From contig JAKAFY010000001.1 in NCBI GenBank assembly GCA_021817785.1, positions 26,446-90,445 on the forward strand: 64,000 nucleotides of DNA. Direction: 5' to 3'. Origin of the DNA: a bacterium. GTDB lineage: Bacteria; Patescibacteriota; Microgenomatia; UBA10105; UBA927. Of the stretch, positions 18,307 through 26,085 are shown one piece after another (positions within the stretch are counted from its first letter, which is position 1; each line of letters opens with the position of its first letter). The notes under the pieces were generated by a model. That model was not told where the DNA came from. It made no database searches and saw only the letters and a program-made list of their open reading frames with translations. The position numbers were made by a program, and so were the translations under genes.

Positions 18307-19602
18307 TCACATTCTTCCTATACCGTAATACATGAATCCCAAATTACGAACCACCGCAGGCTCGTAAATGTTTCTTCCATCAAATAATACCAGATTTTTC
18401 ATCCCTTTGGCTAGACGCACAAGGTCCAGTTGGCGGAATTCATTCCATTCGGTAATGACGGCGACGGCGTCGGCGTCTTTGGCAGCCTCGTATGCGTCTT
18501 TTGCGTAGACGACTGCTTTCGGAAGTTTCAGTTTGGCTTTTTCCGTGGCGATCGGGTCAAATACGGTCACACTGGCGCCTTTATCCAGAAGCGACGCGAT
18601 GATGTCCAAAGACGGCGCTTCGCGCATGTCATCCGTATCCGGCTTGAATGCCAGTCCCAATACCGCGATCCGTTTTCCTTTGAGGGAACCGAAATGCCGC
18701 ACCATTTTGGCCACGAAATTCTCCCGCGCTTCGTTGTTTACCTTATGTACGGCTTTGAGTAACGAAAAATCATATCCGTACTCCCCGGCTATGGCGATAA
18801 GTGCCTTGACGTCTTTAGGAAAACAGCTGCCGCCGTAGCCCACCCCGGGATACAGGAAACTGCGGCCGATCCGCTTGTCCAGACCTACCCCCTCGAGTAC
18901 CCGTTCCACATCCGCTCCCACTTTTTCGGCGAGAAACGAAATGGCGTTGGCAAACGATATTTTGGTAGCCAGCATGGAATTGGACGCATATTTGATCAGT
19001 TCCGCAGTTTCCACATTGCACAATACGTTTTTCCCGTCGATCGGTTTGTGGAGTTCTACCAATATGTCTCTCGCGCGGTCCGAATTGGTTCCGATGACGA
19101 CGCGGTCAGGGTGCATGGTGTCGGAAAGGCCGGTCCCTTCGCGCAAAAACTCAGGACACGACGCGATGGCAAACGACGACCCCTCGGGCTTGAATGTATT
19201 GACGATCTCGGATACTTTTTTCCCGGTCCCCGGGGGCACCGTACTTTTGGTCACCACGACTTTGTATCCCACCAGGGCTTTGCCGATTTCTTCCGCGGCG
19301 GCAAATACGCTGGTCAGATCCGCCTCCCCGTTGGGTTTCGACGGCGTACCCACGGCGATAAATACGACGTTTGAGGGGGCGACGGCTTCTTTATAATCCA
19401 GCGTAAAATGCAGCCTCCCTGCACCGATATTCCGTTGCACGAGTTCGGTAAGTCCCGGCTCGTAGATTAACGGGTCGCCTTTTTTCAATTTTTCAATTTT
19501 TTCTTTGGTGCGTCCTACGACCCATACGGTATTGCCCAAATCCGCAAACACCGCGGCGGTCACAAGTCCCACATATCCGTGTCCGATAAATGCAATAGTC
19601 AT
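18307..19602 (-). CDS. ugd: UDP-glucose 6-dehydrogenase
   Basis: Start MTIAFIGHGYVGLVTAAVFADLGNTVWVVGRTKEKIEKLKKGDPLIYEPGLTELV. Has the catalytic GGSCFPKD motif and a C-terminal UDP-binding domain. Confidence 0.85.
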   Translation of the reverse strand: MTIAFIGHGYVGLVTAAVFADLGNTVWVVGRTKEKIEKLKKGDPLIYEPGLTELVQRNIGAGRLHFTLDYKEAVAPSNVVFIAVGTPSKPNGEADLTSVFAAAEEIGKALVGYKVVVTKSTVPPGTGKKVSEIVNTFKPEGSSFAIASCPEFLREGTGLSDTMHPDRVVIGTNSDRARDILVELHKPIDGKNVLCNVETAELIKYASNSMLATKISFANAISFLAEKVGADVERVLEGVGLDKRIGRSFLYPGVGYGGSCFPKDVKALIAIAGEYGYDFSLLKAVHKVNNEARENFVAKMVRHFGSLKGKRIAVLGLAFKPDTDDMREAPSLDIIASLLDKGASVTVFDPIATEKAKLKLPKAVVYAKDAYEAAKDADAVAVITEWNEFRQLDLVRLAKGMKNLVLFDGRNIYEPAVVRNLGFMYYGIGRM

Positions 19603-19645
19603 AAGAAACTTAGTATACGAAAAAAATACACGCCTGTACAGGAGT

Positions 19646-20521
19646 CTATACCGTTTCCTGCCGGTGCACCTCGGCAACTCCCTCGGCAAAATCGTGCATG
19701 ACAACTCCGAGATCCGTAATTTTCCTGTTTTTCAGCACGGCGTATTGGGGTATGGGAGCGCGCCCCGAGAAATATTCGGAAAATGACGTCTCTTGTACTA
19801 AGGACGCATCGCATCCGTATATATTTGCTATCGTTTTGGCCGCTTCATACGGGGATATCCCGGTACTCGAAACGATGTGATAGATGCCCGATGCCTGCCG
19901 GGTCATAAGGGCGTCTACGGCACGCGCGATGTCATCCACAAACGTCGGAACGAATAATTGGTCGGCGGGGGCCGTCACCTGCTGCCCTGCCTGCAGGCGT
20001 TCCAGTATTTTATGGACGAAATCCTTTTTGCCTACCGGATGTGCGCGGTACGGATTGGCGATACGGATGACCAGCCCGTGGTCTCCCAGGCTTAGCACCC
20101 GTTTGGCTCCTTCGGATTTGGTCGTTGCATACCAGCCCTGCGGATGCGGCGTATCGTCTTCGCTGTATCCATCCTTTTTTGTTCCGTCAAATGCATAATC
20201 CGTATCCACATACAGCAGCCGTTTTCCCGTCTCCCGGCACGCGTCCGCGATATATTGGGTGGCAGTCACGTTTACCTTCCATGCGGCACTTTCTTCCCCA
20301 AGCGCCCGTTCCGCTTCCGCGCCCTGTACGTTGGTGTAGGCCGCAAGGTGCAGCACCCATGGGGCACTGGTTTCCGCCGTGATACGGGCGGTAATATCCG
20401 CTTTGTCGGTTATGTCTACGCCGTTTTCCAGACTGTAGTTTTCAAACGTGTATGAGGAAGACAACAGTTCTGTGACGCGGGATCCGACGAGTCCTGAAAG
20501 GCCAGTTCCCAGTAGTTTCAT
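19646..20521 (-). CDS. rmlD: dTDP-4-dehydrorhamnose reductase
   Basis: Start MKLLGTGLSGLVGSRV with ATG at 20521 forming an ATGA overlap with the rmlB stop. RmlD-like length (291 aa) with a YAxxK motif region. Confidence 0.75.
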   Translation of the reverse strand: MKLLGTGLSGLVGSRVTELLSSSYTFENYSLENGVDITDKADITARITAETSAPWVLHLAAYTNVQGAEAERALGEESAAWKVNVTATQYIADACRETGKRLLYVDTDYAFDGTKKDGYSEDDTPHPQGWYATTKSEGAKRVLSLGDHGLVIRIANPYRAHPVGKKDFVHKILERLQAGQQVTAPADQLFVPTFVDDIARAVDALMTRQASGIYHIVSSTGISPYEAAKTIANIYGCDASLVQETSFSEYFSGRAPIPQYAVLKNRKITDLGVVMHDFAEGVAEVHRQETV

Positions 20522-21534
20522 ACGGTGCCCTGATACTGCGTTGTATAGTAGGTCTGATACGCGCCTGATTTTACATCGCGCCACCACGGCTCGTTTGCCC
20601 GGTACCATTCGACCGTACGGGTGAGCCAGGTATCAAAGTCATGCTGCGGTTTCCATCCGAGGTCATTTTTGATCTTGGACCAGTCGACCGCATATCTTCG
20701 GTCATGGCCCAGGCGGTCTTTCACGAATTCGATGGAAGACTCGTCTTTCCCCATGAGGGAAATGATCTTTTTTACGATCGTTATATTATTGATATCTTCC
20801 GTGGTCCCCCCGACACAATAGGTTTCCCCGACTTTTCCGTCGGACAGTACGGCATCTATGGCGCGGCAGTGGTCCTCGACGTAGAGCCAGTCCCGGACGT
20901 TTAACCCGTCTCCGTACACCGGCACTTTTTTCCCTTCCACCAAATTCGTAATCACCAGCGGAATAAGTTTTTCCGGAAACTGGTACGGGCCGTAGTTGTT
21001 GGAGCAGTTGGTGATCGTCACCGGCAATCCAAAAGTGTGGTAATACGCCCGCACGAGATGATCCGAGCCCGCCTTGCTTGCGGAATACGGACTTCTGGGG
21101 TTATAGAGTGTTCGTTCACTAAATGTATCCGGAGTGCCCAGTTCCAGTGATCCGAACACTTCATCCGTCGATACATGATGAAACCGTCTGACTTTGGCTT
21201 TGAGCGCCGCATCCAACAGAACCTGCGTGCCCACGACATTGGTCATGACAAAAGGCGCCGCTTCCAGTATGGACCGGTCGACATGACTTTCGGCTGCAAA
21301 GTGTACCACGATGTCGATGCCGTCCATCACCGCACCGACTGCCTTCGCATCGCAGATATCCCCCTGCACGAAACGGTACTGCGGATTTTTTTCCACCGAT
21401 GTCAGATTGTTGAGGTTTCCGGCATACGTCAGCTTGTCAAAATTTACGACCGTATCCTCCGGGTGATGGGATAGCCAGTATATGATAAAGTTGGTTCCGA
21501 TAAATCCGGCTCCGCCGGTGACAAGTAATTTCAT
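20518..21534 (-). CDS. rmlB: dTDP-glucose 4,6-dehydratase
   Basis: Start MKLLVTGGAGFIGTNFIIYWLSHHPEDTVVNFDKLTYAGNLNNL, 338 aa. Classic RmlB signature including YSASKAGSDHLVRAY. Confidence 0.9.
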   Translation of the reverse strand: MKLLVTGGAGFIGTNFIIYWLSHHPEDTVVNFDKLTYAGNLNNLTSVEKNPQYRFVQGDICDAKAVGAVMDGIDIVVHFAAESHVDRSILEAAPFVMTNVVGTQVLLDAALKAKVRRFHHVSTDEVFGSLELGTPDTFSERTLYNPRSPYSASKAGSDHLVRAYYHTFGLPVTITNCSNNYGPYQFPEKLIPLVITNLVEGKKVPVYGDGLNVRDWLYVEDHCRAIDAVLSDGKVGETYCVGGTTEDINNITIVKKIISLMGKDESSIEFVKDRLGHDRRYAVDWSKIKNDLGWKPQHDFDTWLTRTVEWYRANEPWWRDVKSGAYQTYYTTQYQGTV

Positions 21535-21640
21535 AATGCATTCTGTTTGCGTTGTCCTGATGATGCGCGTCACTGCCAACCGTTACGTGTTGTCTGTGAA
21601 CTGTTATCTGTGAACTGTTGTATGTGAACTGTGAACTTCT

Positions 21641-22390
21641 TCACAGCAGTCCCTGCTTCACCCGCTCCGCCACCTGCATATTGGCAGCCAGTAACTCGTC
21701 ATGCGACGTCCCCGCGTCCACCCACCAGTCGATGACTTCGCACATCAGGGACTTTTCCTTAAGATACATGTTGTTTAAATCCGTGACTTCCAGCTGTCCC
21801 CGTGCGGACGGCGTAAGCGTGCGGACAAAGTCAAACACCCGGTGGTCATACAGATACACGCCGGTTTGGGCGATATCGCTTTTGGGTTTTTCCGGTTTTT
21901 CTTCTATGCTCAGCACTTTTCCTTCGCCATCCATTTCGATGACGCCGTATTGCCGGGCCTCGGTATCCCGCCGCACGCCAAAGACCATTGCGCCGCGCGT
22001 TTCCTTTTCAAGCTGCGCAGTAAACCGCTCGACGGATTTTTTGAGGTCGAATTTAAAGATGTTATCCCCCAATATCACCAGAAGCGGTTCATGGTGGGAA
22101 AATTCTTCCGCAAGCTTCATGGCGTCCGCAATGCCTCCGGTCGGATTATGCTGGATGGCATAATACAGACGCATATCGAATTCGTCTCCGGACTTTAACA
22201 GGTTCGCGAAATCCCCGACGTGGTCGCCGCTGGTAATAAGCAACGCTTCTTTCATCCCGGCCTGGCGCATCATCTCCAGGGGGTAGTAAATCATCGGCTT
22301 GTTATACACCGGCAACAGATGTTTATTCGTCACCCACGTCAGCGGGCGAAGTCTGGTGGCCAATCCTCCTGCAAGTACGACACCTTTCAT
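21641..22390 (-). CDS. rmlA: glucose-1-phosphate thymidylyltransferase (short form)
   Basis: Start MKGVVLAGGLATRLRPLTWVTNKHLLPVYNKPMIYYPLEMM with ATG at 22390 preceded by AAGGAG. 249 aa nucleotidyltransferase fold. Confidence 0.8.
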   Translation of the reverse strand: MKGVVLAGGLATRLRPLTWVTNKHLLPVYNKPMIYYPLEMMRQAGMKEALLITSGDHVGDFANLLKSGDEFDMRLYYAIQHNPTGGIADAMKLAEEFSHHEPLLVILGDNIFKFDLKKSVERFTAQLEKETRGAMVFGVRRDTEARQYGVIEMDGEGKVLSIEEKPEKPKSDIAQTGVYLYDHRVFDFVRTLTPSARGQLEVTDLNNMYLKEKSLMCEVIDWWVDAGTSHDELLAANMQVAERVKQGLL

Positions 22391-22410
22391 AGGTAGTAGC
22401 TCCTTTCTCT

Positions 22411-22659
22411 TTATACCGCCAGCGTCAACAGTAAAACGATGGCAATTGATCCAATGAGGACATATTCTATCACAACGTTTCGATGCAGGTCTCCCTGCAG
22501 GGCATGATGGATGATACCCCATGCGACATAAGCGATCGTCGTCACCAGTCCGGCCACCAGCTGCAATTGCGTGTTCCCTTTGGCATACCAAAAGGTCAAC
22601 GCTCCTCCGGCCAGGATACAAAGCAGGACGAATCCGTGAATCAGTTTATGGAATTTCAT
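22411..22659 (-). CDS. small membrane protein (2 TM), unknown function
   Basis: Start MKFHKLIHGFVLLCILAGGALTFWYAKG with ATG at 22659 forming an ATGA overlap with the upstream stop. Two hydrophobic helices. Confidence 0.4.
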   Translation of the reverse strand: MKFHKLIHGFVLLCILAGGALTFWYAKGNTQLQLVAGLVTTIAYVAWGIIHHALQGDLHRNVVIEYVLIGSIAIVLLLTLAV

Positions 22660-23594
22660 ATGAGTGACCCCCGCACCAGCGTCAATCCGCATACGAGTAT
22701 CGTGACCAAAAATAAGATATGGGCTATGTTATGCCCGACCAACCGCACGATCCGCCGCCGGGATACGACATACGCGTCGACTGCCAGCACACCGATAAGC
22801 AGCCCGATAAAGATATATCCTACCTGATGGGTGAGTCCCGAAATATTGACGAGCGGCGACATTTTCACACCCTGTACCAGGGCGGAAGGAGCAGTATCCA
22901 CAGGCTTTTGCTGTGACACGGCCATAGCAGGCGCCGAGGCCTGAGCCGTCGGCTCGTTGGGGACGACGGTCTTAGCCGGGAGGGGGGCGGCAGCCTGCAC
23001 CTTTGGGATTGCTGCAACAGGTGCTGCATTGGACGCACCGAACATCTGGACCACGAGCGTCGTTTCTTCCCCGTTTAACACGCCGTTTACCACGGCAAAT
23101 CCTATATCCCGGTATCCGGCTTTTACGATATTGGCTTTATGGGACGGCGATGCCATCCAGGCAGACACCACGCCGTCGCTTGTCTGGAAATTTTTGGCGA
23201 GGTTTTCCCCTGCGAGCGTATAGTGGTACCCCGCCCCGAGGATGAAATCCCACGGTGTTTTGCCCTGCGGGCTGTTATGCGCCCAATACCCGTTGGCAAA
23301 CATATCGGCCGCTTTTGCCGCCGCAGCCTGGGACAGGGTGCTGTTTAACGTAAGCGGCGACAGTCCCAGCTTTTCCCGTTCGGCATTCGTATCGGAAAGC
23401 AGCTGTTCGACCCGGATATCGGTGGCGTATCCTAATACGTCGGGCGCTTTATGGTTTAACACTTTGATACTCAGGTTAAAAATCCCGAGGATCAGGATAT
23501 AGGCCAGCAACGCTTCGTGATGCAGCGCTTTTGCCCGATGGTTATTGCCTTCATGGGGCACCAGATAATGATGGAGTATCCGAAATATATTCAT
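22656..23594 (-). CDS. CAP/SCP (PR-1-like) domain protein with N- and C-terminal TM segments
   Basis: Central region GYWAHNSPQGKTPWDFILGAGYHYTLAGENLAKNF...AWMASPSHKANIVKAGYRDIGFAV is a CAP-domain signature. Hydrophobic helices at both ends. An Ala/Pro-rich linker follows the CAP domain. Confidence 0.65.
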   Translation of the reverse strand: MNIFRILHHYLVPHEGNNHRAKALHHEALLAYILILGIFNLSIKVLNHKAPDVLGYATDIRVEQLLSDTNAEREKLGLSPLTLNSTLSQAAAAKAADMFANGYWAHNSPQGKTPWDFILGAGYHYTLAGENLAKNFQTSDGVVSAWMASPSHKANIVKAGYRDIGFAVVNGVLNGEETTLVVQMFGASNAAPVAAIPKVQAAAPLPAKTVVPNEPTAQASAPAMAVSQQKPVDTAPSALVQGVKMSPLVNISGLTHQVGYIFIGLLIGVLAVDAYVVSRRRIVRLVGHNIAHILFLVTILVCGLTLVRGSLI

Positions 23595-23649
23595 ATTCCA
23601 GCCTATATATCCATCATAGCCTACCGAAGGCGAAAAATGCCAGGCCCTA

Positions 23650-24252
23650 TTATGGGGTCGGCGTGGCTTCCTCGGAACCTAAGACGATGACGATCTGCGT
23701 CTCTTTGTCGGAGGAGCTCTTCGTGATGGAAAGAGAGCCCGTCCATGCGCCTTTCGTCACGGTTTCCGTGGTCGTATCTCCTGTGGTGAACGTCTGCTGG
23801 ACCGTCCACGTATTGGCAGCAAGCTGCGCTTTGTAATAGGAGGTGACGGCATCCGTCGCGTCAGGCGTGGACAGCGTCAGCCAAAATCCGTTGGACTTCC
23901 CTGCCTGGGCGCCGCTTAGGGAACTCGTGACTTTCGCACCGGGATACAGCGGAAATTCCTTCGGGAACGTATCCGGCACTTTGTTACTGCCGATATCGAC
24001 TTTGGATCCCGTCTTGGGATCGGTAAACGTCATTTTCCCGTTTTCCAGATCCTGCAGATTGGTCTTGACGCCGGTCCTGTTTTCGATCACTCCCTGGAGC
24101 ATTCCAAGCCCCACGCGTTTCGCAAAAAACCGCACGACAAGCGATATGGCAAGTCCTGCTACGACGATAAGGACCAGGCATCCGACGCCTACGAATACGA
24201 GGGGATTTGTTTTCTTTTTCTCTGCCTTTTGGGCAACTTTTGTGCTAGCCAT
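23650..24252 (-). CDS. hypothetical membrane-anchored protein
   Basis: 200 aa with Lys-rich N-terminus and one TM (LVFVGVGCLVLIVVAGLAISLVV), then a Thr/Ser-rich beta domain. No family recognized. Confidence 0.5.
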   Translation of the reverse strand: MASTKVAQKAEKKKTNPLVFVGVGCLVLIVVAGLAISLVVRFFAKRVGLGMLQGVIENRTGVKTNLQDLENGKMTFTDPKTGSKVDIGSNKVPDTFPKEFPLYPGAKVTSSLSGAQAGKSNGFWLTLSTPDATDAVTSYYKAQLAANTWTVQQTFTTGDTTTETVTKGAWTGSLSITKSSSDKETQIVIVLGSEEATPTP

Positions 24253-24409
24253 ATAAGTACTCCTTTTCTTAGTGACACTTAACGAATATATGAGTTTAGT
24301 GTCACTTAGACCCGCCGCTCAACCGTTCTTTGTGACGTGTACGAATAGTACTGAAAAGTCGCAAAGCAAAGTTAGGCGGACAGATATTTTTATACCTTTT
24401 ATAGTGGTA

Positions 24410-24730
24410 TCACGAATATATGGGCGTCGCAAGATCCCGTTTTCCGTTCACGGGGATATCCAGAAGCATGCCCAACGCGTTGGCGACCGTGCACCCCACT
24501 CGCAGCCCGGTAAACGAGCCGGGACCCAAAAACACGGAGATATCGGTAATATCCGAAAGCGCACGCGAGTGCTCGTGCAACAGTTCCCCGATAAGGGGCA
24601 GCAGCGTCTGGGACTTTAACATCCTGGACTCTTTCTTTTTTTCAAATGTCCCGCCGTCCACGGTGAGTGATACCCGTGCGGTATCTACGGCAGAAGTATC
24701 GATAAACAGTATGACCGGTGTATGGTTCAT
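24410..24730 (-). CDS. tsaB: tRNA threonylcarbamoyladenosine biosynthesis protein TsaB (short form)
   Basis: MNHTPVILFIDTSAVDTARVSLTVDGG...LLPLIGELLHEHSRALSDITDISVFLGPGSFTGLRVGCTVANALG, the YeaZ/TsaB N-terminal lobe. Only 106 aa. Confidence 0.7.
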   Translation of the reverse strand: MNHTPVILFIDTSAVDTARVSLTVDGGTFEKKKESRMLKSQTLLPLIGELLHEHSRALSDITDISVFLGPGSFTGLRVGCTVANALGMLLDIPVNGKRDLATPIYS

Positions 24731-24735
24731 GGCGA

Positions 24736-25329
24736 TTATCCGCTGTCTGAGCCGTCCAGCATCTGGCGGCTGTAGGTGAGTTCCAGCAATTTCTCCAGTA
24801 AATAAAACCGTGTGTACGATTGTTTTGCTGCATCCGATCCCATATGCCCTTCATTCTCGCGCAGTATCAGCGTTCCACCAAGGCGTTTCCATAAATACAG
24901 CCCCTGCTTTTCATCGCACCTCCACGGATCCGCACTTGAATTGATGATGATAATATCCCGCGCGTTTTGACCCATACGCTTCCAGTTATAGCGCTTTTTG
25001 AGCATCGGCTCAGTCGATTCCTTTTTGAGCCACCTGGAGTTGCCGAAAGCTGCGACAAAAATCGCTTTGTATACCGGAGACCTCAATTGTTCTAATACGC
25101 TGAGAAGCAACGCACCCCCGAGGGAGTGGCCGATAAGGATAGTTGATTCGGAAAATTTTCCGTGTTCGACCACATAGGGCAGCCAATTTGTAAGATCCGG
25201 TTTTTCCGGCACGGGCAACTGCGGCACCCATACACTATATCCGCGACCTTCCAGAAACCGCTGTATCGACGGATACCAAAACGATTTCGGCGTACTGTAC
25301 CCTCCGTGGAGAATAATGGCGTTTTTCAT
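24736..25329 (-). CDS. RBBP9/YdeN-family alpha/beta serine hydrolase
   Basis: MKNAIILHGGYSTPKSFWYPSIQRFLEGRGYSVWVPQLP...LIGHSLGGALLL (GHSxG nucleophile elbow)...DPW. Paralog of 40043..40585. Confidence 0.75.
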   Translation of the reverse strand: MKNAIILHGGYSTPKSFWYPSIQRFLEGRGYSVWVPQLPVPEKPDLTNWLPYVVEHGKFSESTILIGHSLGGALLLSVLEQLRSPVYKAIFVAAFGNSRWLKKESTEPMLKKRYNWKRMGQNARDIIIINSSADPWRCDEKQGLYLWKRLGGTLILRENEGHMGSDAAKQSYTRFYLLEKLLELTYSRQMLDGSDSG

Positions 25330-25907
25330 ACTACGATGGCCCCCTGCCGCACAATGGTATACGGCGTCACGCTACAATCAACGACGGTTGATGCTTGTTT
25401 GACGCTGCATGCTCCGGGGACGACGTAATCTACCAACTTCATAAGCTCGGGATCCAACTGTTCGAACGTATACGGTGTCGGGCTTCCGTGAAAGTTTGCC
25501 GACGGCCCCAGTACCGGTACACCCACCCCGCGGATAAGGGCCAGTGCCGTTTCGTGGTTTGGCTGGCGGACGCCGATCGTGTCTCCGCCGCCGCGGATAG
25601 GGGAGTGGATCAACTCTTTTTTACACCGGGCGATGATCGTGAGCGCTCCCGGCCAATATGTTTTCATAAAACGTCGCACAATATCATCAGGGGAGTCGAG
25701 GTAGGAGAGTGCCATGGGTTCCGAGTCAACCAGTACCGGCGTGGCCTGCGTCAGCGGCCGCTTGCGCAGTGCAAACAACCGATCGACGGATGCGGGGCGG
25801 TCTATCCGGCACCCTATGCCAAATGCGGTATCGGTGGGATATATGACAATTCCTCCGGACATAAGCACCCGGATTGCTTCGTTGATCTGTTCAGACGTAG
25901 CCTTCAT
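25326..25907 (-). CDS. tsaC: L-threonylcarbamoyladenylate synthase (YrdC/Sua5 domain)
   Basis: AIRVLMSGGIVIYPTDTAFGIGCRIDRPASVDRLFALRKRP...ALTIIARC...SANFHGSPTP, the YrdC-domain signature. Confidence 0.85.
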   Translation of the reverse strand: MKATSEQINEAIRVLMSGGIVIYPTDTAFGIGCRIDRPASVDRLFALRKRPLTQATPVLVDSEPMALSYLDSPDDIVRRFMKTYWPGALTIIARCKKELIHSPIRGGGDTIGVRQPNHETALALIRGVGVPVLGPSANFHGSPTPYTFEQLDPELMKLVDYVVPGACSVKQASTVVDCSVTPYTIVRQGAIVV

Positions 25908-25930
25908 ATAGTATGTATCTTATACGACGT

Positions 25931-26085
25931 TCGTTACTTTGTTACTTCGTTACTTTGTTACTTCGTTACTTTGTTACTTCGTTACTTTGTTACTTCGTTA
26001 CTTTGTTACTTCGTTACTTTGTTACTTCGTTACTTTGTTACTTCGTTACTTTGTTACTTTGTCAATTTGTCACTTTGTTAATTCC
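25931..26085. repeat. tandem repeat array, 16-bp unit TCGTTACTTTGTTACT (itself two 8-mers TYGTTACT), about 8 perfect 16-bp copies plus degenerate 8-mers
   Basis: Read directly: ...tcgttactttgttacttcgttactttgttact... x8, then ttgtcaatttgtcactttgttaatt. Lies between the tsaE stop (26070) and tsaC start (25907). The degenerate end overlaps the last tsaE codons. The period is not a multiple of 3. Confidence 0.85.

Noticed and set aside
22411-22692. Candidate missing rmlC
   Set aside because: The encoded protein is an 82-aa two-helix membrane peptide, not a cupin-fold epimerase.
25931-26085. Possible CRISPR array
   Set aside because: Units are contiguous 8/16-bp repeats with no unique spacers. 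No cas genes nearby.
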